32,333 nt of DNA from Pirellulales bacterium (lineage in GTDB: Bacteria; Planctomycetota; Planctomycetia; Pirellulales; UBA1268), in NCBI GenBank assembly GCA_039831725.1, contig JBDOMQ010000258.1, positions 1-32,333 of the forward strand, read 5' to 3'. The position numbers and the translations under genes are program-made. The notes beneath the pieces were generated by a model that was not told the origin of the DNA, did no database searches, and saw only the letters and a program-made list of their open reading frames with translations. Within the stretch, counting starts at the first letter, position 1. The number at the start of each line of letters is the position of its first letter. Positions 24,822-32,333 of this stretch are shown one piece after another.

Positions 24822-25737
24822 AACTCGGCTCTTTTGCCTTTTTATTGATTGGCTCAGCATGTGCCTTAAGAACTTGCAGCATCGCATCTACTCGAAGCCG
24901 CACACTCTCTGGGATCGCTTGAAGTGATTCCTGAGAAACAAGCAGTTCATCAAAAATGCATTTCTCATCCGGTGAATGCACTTGCAATCGAGTCTCCTTA
25001 CCTTGCGTTAAACGAATTGTACAATCTGCATCTTCTCTCAAAAGTACAACAGGCTCCGAAGTTTCACTCCAATTCATGATGTCGGTTGACGAACTAGCAC
25101 TCGTGCTTGATGGGATTGCCTGGAACTCACTTGTTTTATTTATCTGTTGAAAGTGACTGTTTGTATCCCTAGCCCCTGACTCATAGAGTTGTGATTCTGG
25201 AAGATACTTTTGAGAATTTCGTGACAGTAATATCACTCTTCGCTCTCCAGAACGAATAAATATCACTTTTGGAACCCTGCGATTCGCACCGTGGCTCTGA
25301 TACAAAGATGATTCCAGAAGCAAAGAAAACTGTTCGGGCAGAAGAAGGTATTGTTCGTCAAATTGGACAAGTATGTCATGCGTCTTGAGGCCGATGCGGT
25401 CTGCTACAGAATCTTTCTGGATACTGTCAACTACAAGGCCTTCATTGTGGCTTAATATCAATTGATGCCGAACAACTTCTGGGACACGGGACAGTTCGGC
25501 TCCAAACTTCTCCAGTGAAGTTTTTGAATCATTGGCCCCTGCCGACTCACCAGGACGCTGGTAATGTGAGCGAAACTCTTGAACAAACGCTTGTTGTTCT
25601 CCAAAAACTGGCCGACTTCCAAGAACTCCAGATGCTAGGAAAGCTAATTCGGTGCCCGCAAACAGCGCGTAGAGGGCAATTGTATGAATGTGCTCTACAG
25701 GCTTTTGACGCAAACTAAAAATCACACCGCACCCCAC
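24751..25737 (-). CDS. Hypothetical membrane-anchored protein with a PDZ-like domain
   Basis: GTG start. N-terminal hydrophobic helix HTIALYALFAGTELAFLASGVLG. The PDZ-like segment is EGLVVDSIQKDSVADRIGLKTHDILVQFDEQYL. I recognise nothing in the remainder. Confidence 0.55.
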   Translation of the reverse strand: MGCGVIFSLRQKPVEHIHTIALYALFAGTELAFLASGVLGSRPVFGEQQAFVQEFRSHYQRPGESAGANDSKTSLEKFGAELSRVPEVVRHQLILSHNEGLVVDSIQKDSVADRIGLKTHDILVQFDEQYLLLPEQFSLLLESSLYQSHGANRRVPKVIFIRSGERRVILLSRNSQKYLPESQLYESGARDTNSHFQQINKTSEFQAIPSSTSASSSTDIMNWSETSEPVVLLREDADCTIRLTQGKETRLQVHSPDEKCIFDELLVSQESLQAIPESVRLRVDAMLQVLKAHAEPINKKAKEPSFTAAHTARLPTVHVIEKQPTVQR

Positions 25738-26044
25738 GACATAAAAAGTTTATGAACCGTCCGATTCGTGGCTCTATACAAAAAACGTTTGTGACGTTTT
25801 TTGCTGCGTGACACCAGACCTGTCGCCTCCAATAATCATGAAACATCCAGATCTTTTAGTCTGGGTAATCTAAAGAAAACACGTCCACAGCACAGAATCC
25901 AGTGAAGGCATGGCACAGGCAAGTATGGATAAGCGTTCCGCCTGATGAAGGTTTACGACATAGATCAAGTCAAACCGGACGATTGCTATTTTCGATACAG
26001 TCAATCTTTCTGAAGTCGAAGTCGCCGTACAAAGGAATATCTGC

Positions 26045-27121
26045 ATGACACACTTATTTAACCGTGTCTTTCTTATCCTGTTCGCCACTGGATACGCACT
26101 TGTTTTTTCTCCAGAAATACAGGCCGCTGAAGAAACCGTTCAGCCTGCGACAGGAGAACAGTCAAAAATGGCAACCAGCACTCCAGCACAGCCTGTTGTG
26201 ACTAAAAAGCCGGTACTCATTCCAGGAACCGGTGTGCTGATAAAGAATGGCATGGATACTTTTGAAGACGAAGACTGGAAATGGTATCACCGCCATCCCA
26301 AAAGCTCACGCGAACAAGACAAGCGAATGCGAAGCCCTCTCGGCAAGAGCAACAATGGATTATGGTTCGAAGGGCCGAAGCGTGGTACACCAGACGTTGT
26401 AAAACGGGTCGAACTTCCTGCACCAGGATTAGACGGTAGTAGTCATGGCTTACTAATTGCAACGTTACGAGCGGGAATCCCAGGACGACTCACCTACCGC
26501 ATGATGCAGGATGATCTCATCTTCAATATGTCAAAGGCCGCCGGACGAGGCATTTCTGTCGCTGACAACCCTAGCGTAGTGACTCGTGTCTACTTGCCCC
26601 CTTTCGCACAGTGGGAACGACGCAATGGAGCGTCATTTGGTTTTCGCTGTGGATGTACAACACACGCAATTATCACTGGAAAAGAACACCCTGACCGTGG
26701 TGATTTTGGTGTCGAAGAATACTGGCCAGGCATGTTTATAAGTTTTATACCCGGGGACGGCAAAGAGAAAAGTGATTCTGCCTACCTTCGTGTTCGAGGG
26801 GATCGTCGAGGCCGTGGCATGCGTGGACCAACGATTTCAGAAAAGGAACTCGGCTGGTGGACGCTTGGAATGAGTTTTTCACGCGATGGAAAGGTTCACT
26901 ACTTTGCTAGTCAAGGCGTTGATGATCTGACCATGAATGATCACCTCACGACTCAAAATCCGTACGGGTATCGTACTGAGTGGGTAAAGACGTTTTTCTA
27001 CAATGTTTGCAGTCAAGATGATGGCAAGACATGGAGCACACCTTGGGTGATTGATGATCCAAAGACATTCTTTGTTAGACGGCAGAATGTGGCTCGGTCG
27101 ACCCGGAAGTCGCAGCGGTAA
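26045..27121 (+). CDS. Hypothetical secreted protein (possible beta-sandwich fold; function unknown)
   Basis: Signal peptide MTHLFNRVFLILFATGYALVFSPEIQA/AE. The 358-aa ORF has protein-like composition. The segment ..GWWTLGMSFSRDGKVHYFASQG.. weakly resembles LamG/DUF1080-type jelly rolls. No confident family call. Confidence 0.6.
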   Translation: MTHLFNRVFLILFATGYALVFSPEIQAAEETVQPATGEQSKMATSTPAQPVVTKKPVLIPGTGVLIKNGMDTFEDEDWKWYHRHPKSSREQDKRMRSPLGKSNNGLWFEGPKRGTPDVVKRVELPAPGLDGSSHGLLIATLRAGIPGRLTYRMMQDDLIFNMSKAAGRGISVADNPSVVTRVYLPPFAQWERRNGASFGFRCGCTTHAIITGKEHPDRGDFGVEEYWPGMFISFIPGDGKEKSDSAYLRVRGDRRGRGMRGPTISEKELGWWTLGMSFSRDGKVHYFASQGVDDLTMNDHLTTQNPYGYRTEWVKTFFYNVCSQDDGKTWSTPWVIDDPKTFFVRRQNVARSTRKSQR

Positions 27122-28166
27122 TCGCAGCCTGCATCACTGCAGAAGTTTCCGCAGCATCACCACCGCAACGTTCCAGCTCTCGGCTGGCAACATGGCAGTG
27201 GAAGCGGTGGCCTGCGAGGTCGACCTGGGGGGGCTCGACCTCGCGGCAGACCCTTTCAGCCAGCGGGCATCGCGGGTGAAAACGGCAGCCTGCTGGTGGC
27301 CGTGAAGGACTCGGAACATCTCCGGTTAGTATAATTCGCTGCCGACGGTTTTTCACTTCGACGCTGGGAACTGCTGAAAATAGTGCGAGCGTATACGGAT
27401 GAAGTGGTTGCTGGCAGAGTTGACCAACGTCTGCAGATTCGACAATCTGACCAAGGTACATGACCGCAACATTGTCAGCCAGATACTCCACCACAGAAAG
27501 GTCATGGGAGATGAAAAGATAGGTCAAACCAAGTTCCTGTTTAAGCTCCTTCAGCAGGTTTATTACCTGCGCCTGAATTGAAACATCCAGAGCCGAAACA
27601 GGTTCATCGAGAACAAGGAATTCAGGTTTAAGCACAAGCGCTCGAGCTATAGCGATTCGTTGACGCTGACCACCTGAAAACTCATGGGGGTATCGCTCAA
27701 GAACAGTAGGAGATAGTCCTGTTCGCTCAAGAGCTTGCTCCATTTGCTTCAAACGGCTACGTTCCTCACCCATTCGATGAAGAATAAGACCCTCTTCAAG
27801 AATTGAACGTATTTTCATCCGAGGATTAAGCGAACCGTACGGATCTTGAAAGACAATCTGCATGCGGCGGCGCAGGGATCTTAAACCACGTGTGTTTTCT
27901 TTCCGAACTGCATGTTTATCAAATAAAACCTCACCACCTGTTGGCTCAACAAGCCGTAGAAGACTTCGGCCAACGGTGGTCTTTCCACAGCCGCTTTCAC
28001 CAACAAGACCGAGTGTTTTGCCTCTGGGAATATCAAATGTCACTCCATCTACAGCCTTTACTGAACCCACTTGCCGACGCAGCAATCCTTTCTTAATTGG
28101 AAAGTGTGTCTCTAAACCCTTTACATGGAGCAATGGGGGTTTCATCTGATGATTTTGTTCACTCAC
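27075..28166 (-). CDS. Peptide ABC transporter ATP-binding protein (OppF/DppF-type)
   Basis: Walker [10 protein letters not shown], signature FSGGQRQR, Walker [13 protein letters not shown]-loop FISHDL. The oligopeptide C-terminal Cys/His motif is [10 protein letters not shown]. The GTG start overlaps the upstream gene's stop (GTGA); an alternative ATG lies at 28145. Confidence 0.85.
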   Translation of the reverse strand: MSEQNHQMKPPLLHVKGLETHFPIKKGLLRRQVGSVKAVDGVTFDIPRGKTLGLVGESGCGKTTVGRSLLRLVEPTGGEVLFDKHAVRKENTRGLRSLRRRMQIVFQDPYGSLNPRMKIRSILEEGLILHRMGEERSRLKQMEQALERTGLSPTVLERYPHEFSGGQRQRIAIARALVLKPEFLVLDEPVSALDVSIQAQVINLLKELKQELGLTYLFISHDLSVVEYLADNVAVMYLGQIVESADVGQLCQQPLHPYTLALFSAVPSVEVKNRRQRIILTGDVPSPSRPPAGCRFHPRCPLAERVCREVEPPQVDLAGHRFHCHVASRELERCGGDAAETSAVMQAAITAATSGSTEPHSAV

Positions 28167-29158
28167 GAGTTGATCTCCTCAGCAAAGTGACAGCGAACAA
28201 AATGTCCCGAACTGATTTCACGCAGTGATGGAGACTCTTCATTACATTCTGGCTTCCTAGCATGGCTGCAACGTGGATGAAATCGACAACCAGAAGGAAA
28301 GTCTTGCGGTGGTGGGACCATTCCAGGAATTGTTGCCAATGGCCCGCTATCACGAGCATCAACGTTTGGCCGAGCCTGAAGGAGGCCTTTCGTATAAGGA
28401 TGCATCGGATGACTAAAAAGTTCGACAGCAGATGCCTGCTCAACAATCCGACCGGCGTACATTACTGCAACGTCGTCACACGTTTCGGCAACAACACCAA
28501 GGTCATGAGTGATTAGTAGTATTGCTGTACCAAGACGTGACTGTAATTCATCGAGCAACTCAAGAATCTGTGCTTGTATTGTTACATCAAGCGCGGTTGT
28601 CGGCTCATCAGCAATGATCAAATCTGGCTCACACGCCAAAGCAATTGCAATCATAACTCGTTGTCGCATACCCCCCGATAACTGATGAGGATACGCATCT
28701 AGCCGTTGCTCAGGATCCGCAACACGAACAAGACGCAGCATTTCAAGCGCCCGTGACCGTGCTTCAGAACGACTCACTTTGCGATGCAACTGGACAACTT
28801 CAGCAATCTGGTTGCCGATTGTAAAAACTGGATTGAGGCTGGTCATAGGCTCCTGAAAAATCATCCCAATGCGCCCACCTCGCACTTTTCTTAATTGTTT
28901 CTCAGCCGCAGTTACTAAATCAATGCTCTCGCCATCCCTAGTAAACGTAATTGAGCCTGACTCAATTCGGCCTGGTGACGAGACAAGCCGTAAGGTCGAC
29001 ATGGCCGTCACGCTTTTACCGCAACCACTTTCACCCACTAAACCCAGCGTCTGTCCTCGTTCTATTGTGAGTGACACCCCATCAACAGCAGGAAGCCTGC
29101 CCTTTGATGTATGAAAAACCGTGACCAAATCTTTTATTTCAAGGAGCGGTGCTGCCAT
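28163..29158 (-). CDS. Peptide ABC transporter ATP-binding protein (OppD/DppD-type)
   Basis: Walker A GESGCGKS, signature LSGGMRQR, Walker [13 protein letters not shown]-loop ITHDL. C-terminal motif SGCRFHPRC. Confidence 0.9.
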   Translation of the reverse strand: MAAPLLEIKDLVTVFHTSKGRLPAVDGVSLTIERGQTLGLVGESGCGKSVTAMSTLRLVSSPGRIESGSITFTRDGESIDLVTAAEKQLRKVRGGRIGMIFQEPMTSLNPVFTIGNQIAEVVQLHRKVSRSEARSRALEMLRLVRVADPEQRLDAYPHQLSGGMRQRVMIAIALACEPDLIIADEPTTALDVTIQAQILELLDELQSRLGTAILLITHDLGVVAETCDDVAVMYAGRIVEQASAVELFSHPMHPYTKGLLQARPNVDARDSGPLATIPGMVPPPQDFPSGCRFHPRCSHARKPECNEESPSLREISSGHFVRCHFAEEINS

Positions 29159-30264
29159 TATTTTTTTGCCTCCCGCAACCTTGGGTCTGTCGCTTCCTGA
29201 AGACCCTCACCAACAAGGTTGTAAGCCAACACAGTAAGAAATATGCCGGCACCCGGAAAAACAACAAGCCACCAGAGCTGCAGATTGCTGCGAGCACTGT
29301 TCAAAACTGAACCCCAGCTCGCTGTCGGTGGTGGTGGCCCAAATCCCAGAAACGAAAGCGAACCCTCCACTAAGATGGCTGAGGCAATTCCAAATGTTAT
29401 TGGCACTAGAACAGGTGCCAACGCATTGGGCAAGATATGTCGAAACATAATTCGTAGTGAGCCCGCCCCTGTTGCCCTGGCCGCCATCACGAATTCTGTT
29501 TGCCGAAGTCGTAGAAACTCTGCCCTTGTCAGCCGGGCGATTCCTGTCCAACCAGTGGCACCAATAATCGCCATGGTTTTCCAGATAGTCGGCTTCTCAA
29601 CAACGGCAATGAGTGCCAGTATTAACACTAATGTCGGAATGCACATTACGATCTCGGTGAGGCGACTGGTTATCATGTCAACCCAGCCACCAAAATAGCC
29701 ACCTAGCGCTCCGACCAATACACCAATGGAACCAGCTAAACCCATAGAGACAAATCCGACCAGCAATGCAATCGTGGTACCGTGAACCATTTTTGCAAAA
29801 ATATCAACACCGTATTGATCTGTACCAAATAGATTCAATCGGGTTGGATGCCCTTCATCTCGTGAGGGGTTTTCGCGACGGCCTGGCCATTCGTTCTCTC
29901 GAACACGGCGGTATGGATCCTGAAATACGAGCGGCCAAATCGCCCAACTCTCGGGATCTTTCTGCTTCAAATTCTCAGGGTATGTCCCACGAAATTTATC
30001 TTTCGTAAATATTGGAGATTCCCAACTGCGATTGAAATATCCAAGACATGGGAAATAGAGGTTGCCTTTGTAACTGCAGACCACCGGTTTTGTTCCTGCA
30101 ATTGCCGGCGCAAAAAGAGCAACACTTGTCAGAAACAGAACAAAACAGAGGGCCAGCATTCCAATTGGTCTACGACGGTATCGTTGCCACGCATCAGACC
30201 AAAAACCTCGTGATGGCTTTGCAGCCTCTGTCTCTTCAGTCACTCTCATCTTTTCCTGATTCAT
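29158..30264 (-). CDS. Peptide ABC transporter permease (OppC/DppC-type)
   Basis: BPD-transporter permease with the EAA-like loop (..[24 protein letters not shown]..) and an OppC-type N-terminal extension. Its stop overlaps the downstream start (TAATG). Confidence 0.85.
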   Translation of the reverse strand: MNQEKMRVTEETEAAKPSRGFWSDAWQRYRRRPIGMLALCFVLFLTSVALFAPAIAGTKPVVCSYKGNLYFPCLGYFNRSWESPIFTKDKFRGTYPENLKQKDPESWAIWPLVFQDPYRRVRENEWPGRRENPSRDEGHPTRLNLFGTDQYGVDIFAKMVHGTTIALLVGFVSMGLAGSIGVLVGALGGYFGGWVDMITSRLTEIVMCIPTLVLILALIAVVEKPTIWKTMAIIGATGWTGIARLTRAEFLRLRQTEFVMAARATGAGSLRIMFRHILPNALAPVLVPITFGIASAILVEGSLSFLGFGPPPPTASWGSVLNSARSNLQLWWLVVFPGAGIFLTVLAYNLVGEGLQEATDPRLREAKK

Positions 30265-31257
30265 TTAATCCACATTCACTCGGGGATCGACAATGCTGTA
30301 GAGAAGATCTGCAAGCAACTGGCCTGCTAGCGTGAGTACGCTGAACATCAAGGTAAGACCCATGATTGTCGGATAATCACGTTCCCGAATACTCTCGAAG
30401 AAAAGTCGCCCCATGCCTGGCCATGTGAAAATCTGCTCAATGATGACCGATCCACCCACCAGTGCTGGCAAGGACAGTCCAAGAAGGGTGACTAGCGGGA
30501 TAAGCGTGTTCCGAAAGGCATGATGCACGAGAACTCTCCAAGGCCCCGCACCTTTCGCACGGGCTGTGCGAATAAAATCTTGCCGAACCACTTCTTCGAG
30601 GTTTGCTTTTATGAAGCGGCTATTGTACGCAAGAACAACATATGTTTGGCAGGTTATTGGAAGGATTGCATGCCAGGCAACATCTATACAACGAGCAAAA
30701 AAAGGAGCATCGGTCGATAAGTCACTCATGCCAAAGAGAGGCAACTCCCAACGTGTATCACGCAACCAAACTGCGAAGATAATCTGAAGGAAAAGTGCAG
30801 CGACAAATGTCGGGAAAGAATACAGAGCGTAGAGGACCAGGCCAGTAAAACGCTCATCTATTTGGCCACCCCTCGCAGATGCATAAAGACCAAGCGGTAT
30901 TGCTAGAAACCAGGTTAGAAAAAGTGCTGTTCCTGAAATCAGGACTGTTGGTCCGATCCGTTCACCAATGAGTTGTGTTACCGGTTGCTTTCGAGTTATT
31001 GACCTACCCAGATCTCCTCGAATGACTTTACTGATCCATTGCACATACCCAACGGGCCAAGGCTTATCGAGCCCATAGATCTCAAGCATCCTCTGCTGAT
31101 CTTCAGGATTAAGCTTCCGGCTTGGATCACTTTCACCAAGCTGCACAGTCAACGGATTACCTGGCATTGACCTCGCCAAACCATACACCATGAGCGTAAT
31201 AACAACGAGCGTCACAAGGCCGAGTAGTATTCGACGCAGCAAGTAAGTAATCATCAC
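30265..31257 (-). CDS. Peptide ABC transporter permease (OppB/DppB-type)
   Basis: The N-terminus MITYLLRRILLGLVTLVVITLMVY is typical of OppB/DppB. The EAA loop reads DFIRTARAKGAGPWRVLVHHAFRN. The gene directly abuts both flanking genes. Confidence 0.9.
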   Translation of the reverse strand: MMITYLLRRILLGLVTLVVITLMVYGLARSMPGNPLTVQLGESDPSRKLNPEDQQRMLEIYGLDKPWPVGYVQWISKVIRGDLGRSITRKQPVTQLIGERIGPTVLISGTALFLTWFLAIPLGLYASARGGQIDERFTGLVLYALYSFPTFVAALFLQIIFAVWLRDTRWELPLFGMSDLSTDAPFFARCIDVAWHAILPITCQTYVVLAYNSRFIKANLEEVVRQDFIRTARAKGAGPWRVLVHHAFRNTLIPLVTLLGLSLPALVGGSVIIEQIFTWPGMGRLFFESIRERDYPTIMGLTLMFSVLTLAGQLLADLLYSIVDPRVNVD

Positions 31258-32333
31258 TTACTCCTGCTGTGGCTTCCACAGGCTGCCAAAACCTGGTGAG
31301 TAATGGTACGGTCCGCGTGGTGAAAAAACATATCCTCGGACTTCTTTCGAGAAGCCATAGAAACTATTTCGCCAGTACAACCATGTGTAGGGCTGATCGT
31401 CATAAAGAATTTCCTGAATCCGTCCGTACTTCTCCGCTCGCTTACCGCGGTCGAACTCCTGTCTTCCTTCGGCATAGAGCCGATCTACTTCTGGATTTGA
31501 ATAATTACAAAAGTTTCTCATTGCTCCAGTCTTCCAAAGGTTTTCAGAAGTATCTGGATCCGTTCCGGAACCCCAACCACCAAGGTATGCCTGAAATTTG
31601 CGATTCAAAGTAAGATCCTGCAGTACGGTTGATTCCACCGGCCGGACATTCAGCCGTATACCTATCTGATCCAGGTTCTCTTTTAATAACGTGCAGATTG
31701 CGATTCGTAATGGCTGTTGATTCACAATGATTGAAAATTCAAATGGAACAATCCGTCCATCAATCTCTTTGTCACGAACACCATCATTGTCTCTATCAAT
31801 CCATCCCGCCTCATCCAACAAGGCCTCTGCTTTATCAAGGTCTTGCTTATAGGGCTCAAGTTTTTTAGTTGATGCCATCCATGCACCAGGATAGAAAATT
31901 CCCGTGCAAGGATCATAAAGGCTGTAACAAAGCTCCTCGAGCATCTCATCGTGATCAAATGCATAACTCATTGCTCTTCGGACACGTCGGTCACGAAAAA
32001 AAATTGTCTCTATATTCCAACCAAAATGAAAACTTACCCACTCTGGAGCTGTGGCTTTTGTATTGCGTTCGTAAAAATCTCTTCCAACGGTTTGCGTTGT
32101 CCACTGCTCAGGCTGCAAAATCATCTCATGAATCTCACCTTTTTTGAGGGCCAGAAGTGTTGTGTTTGGATCTTCAATGATTCGAAAACGTACTTCTTCA
32201 AAGTACGGTCGCTCACGAACCTGCTTGCCCTGAATCGATGACCAGCTCTCCCGACGCCGCAAGACGATCTGCTGACCCCGTTTTCTCTCAACTATTTCAT
32301 AAGGCCCACCACAAACTGGCGATTGCTCTAATT
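31258..32333 (-). CDS. Peptide ABC transporter substrate-binding protein (SBP family 5, OppA/DppA-type); the 5' end lies outside the window
   Basis: The frame stays open beyond the track's TTG start at 32262 up to the window edge (..GPYEIVERKRGQQIVLRRRESW.., which is typical of SBP_bac_5). It heads the five-gene operon on the minus strand. Confidence 0.8.
   Translation of the reverse strand, partial: LEQSPVCGGPYEIVERKRGQQIVLRRRESWSSIQGKQVRERPYFEEVRFRIIEDPNTTLLALKKGEIHEMILQPEQWTTQTVGRDFYERNTKATAPEWVSFHFGWNIETIFFRDRRVRRAMSYAFDHDEMLEELCYSLYDPCTGIFYPGAWMASTKKLEPYKQDLDKAEALLDEAGWIDRDNDGVRDKEIDGRIVPFEFSIIVNQQPLRIAICTLLKENLDQIGIRLNVRPVESTVLQDLTLNRKFQAYLGGWGSGTDPDTSENLWKTGAMRNFCNYSNPEVDRLYAEGRQEFDRGKRAEKYGRIQEILYDDQPYTWLYWRNSFYGFSKEVRGYVFSPRGPYHYSPGFGSLWKPQQE

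Noticed and set aside
25911-25925. TGGCAC hexamer suggesting a sigma-54 (-24/-12) promoter upstream of the 26045 gene.
   Set aside because: The position where the -12 TTGC element should lie (5 nt downstream) reads AGTA, so only half of the bipartite element is present.
1-32333. Window-wide search for mobile elements, CRISPR arrays, toxin-antitoxin pairs, restriction-modification or other defence-island hallmarks.
   Set aside because: I found no transposase, integrase, recombinase, nuclease, helicase or methylase-like ORFs. There are no spaced direct repeats and no flanking tRNA or att-like repeats. The only repeats are the intragenic YTV tandem repeats.

Overview
Gene-dense chromosomal segment with no rRNA/tRNA genes, CRISPR arrays, transposases, integrases or recognisable defence genes. 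It is probably from a Planctomycetota genome. The support is a YTV-repeat cysteine-rich wall-type protein, a BBP7-like beta-barrel, a large secreted FG-GAP protein with an Arg-rich/LEPR-type N-terminus, and few Shine-Dalgarno sites. From left to right the window holds:

- the 3' end of a GH15 glycoside hydrolase gene;
- four ion-transport genes in alternating orientation (CAX Ca2+/H+ antiporter, ClC, voltage-gated K+ channel, CorA);
- a chemosensory operon, cheA-cheW-mcp-(REC-REC-cheB)-cheR;
- a convergent STAS plus REC-PP2C partner-switching pair;
- an envelope cluster (Cys-cluster beta-barrel, FG-GAP/FKBP secreted protein, YTV-repeat protein with near-identical 84-bp tandem repeats);
- a CBS-pair protein, a sialate-O-acetylesterase-like SGNH esterase, and several secreted or lipoprotein hypotheticals;
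- a five-gene Opp/Dpp-type peptide ABC importer that runs off the right edge.

The most interesting observations are these:

1. The Che core has no single-domain CheY in the window. It abuts a REC-PP2C/STAS module, which could be its output.
2. The CheB has an extra N-terminal receiver whose phospho-acceptor Asp is Asn.
3. The YTV gene carries two families of in-frame tandem repeats and CxxC-rich termini, and sits beside other Cys-cluster envelope proteins.

I found no clear-cut new 'system'. The system-level proposals are inferences from gene content and adjacency. Several ORF-track starts are TTG/GTG extensions, and I re-called them to downstream ATGs.
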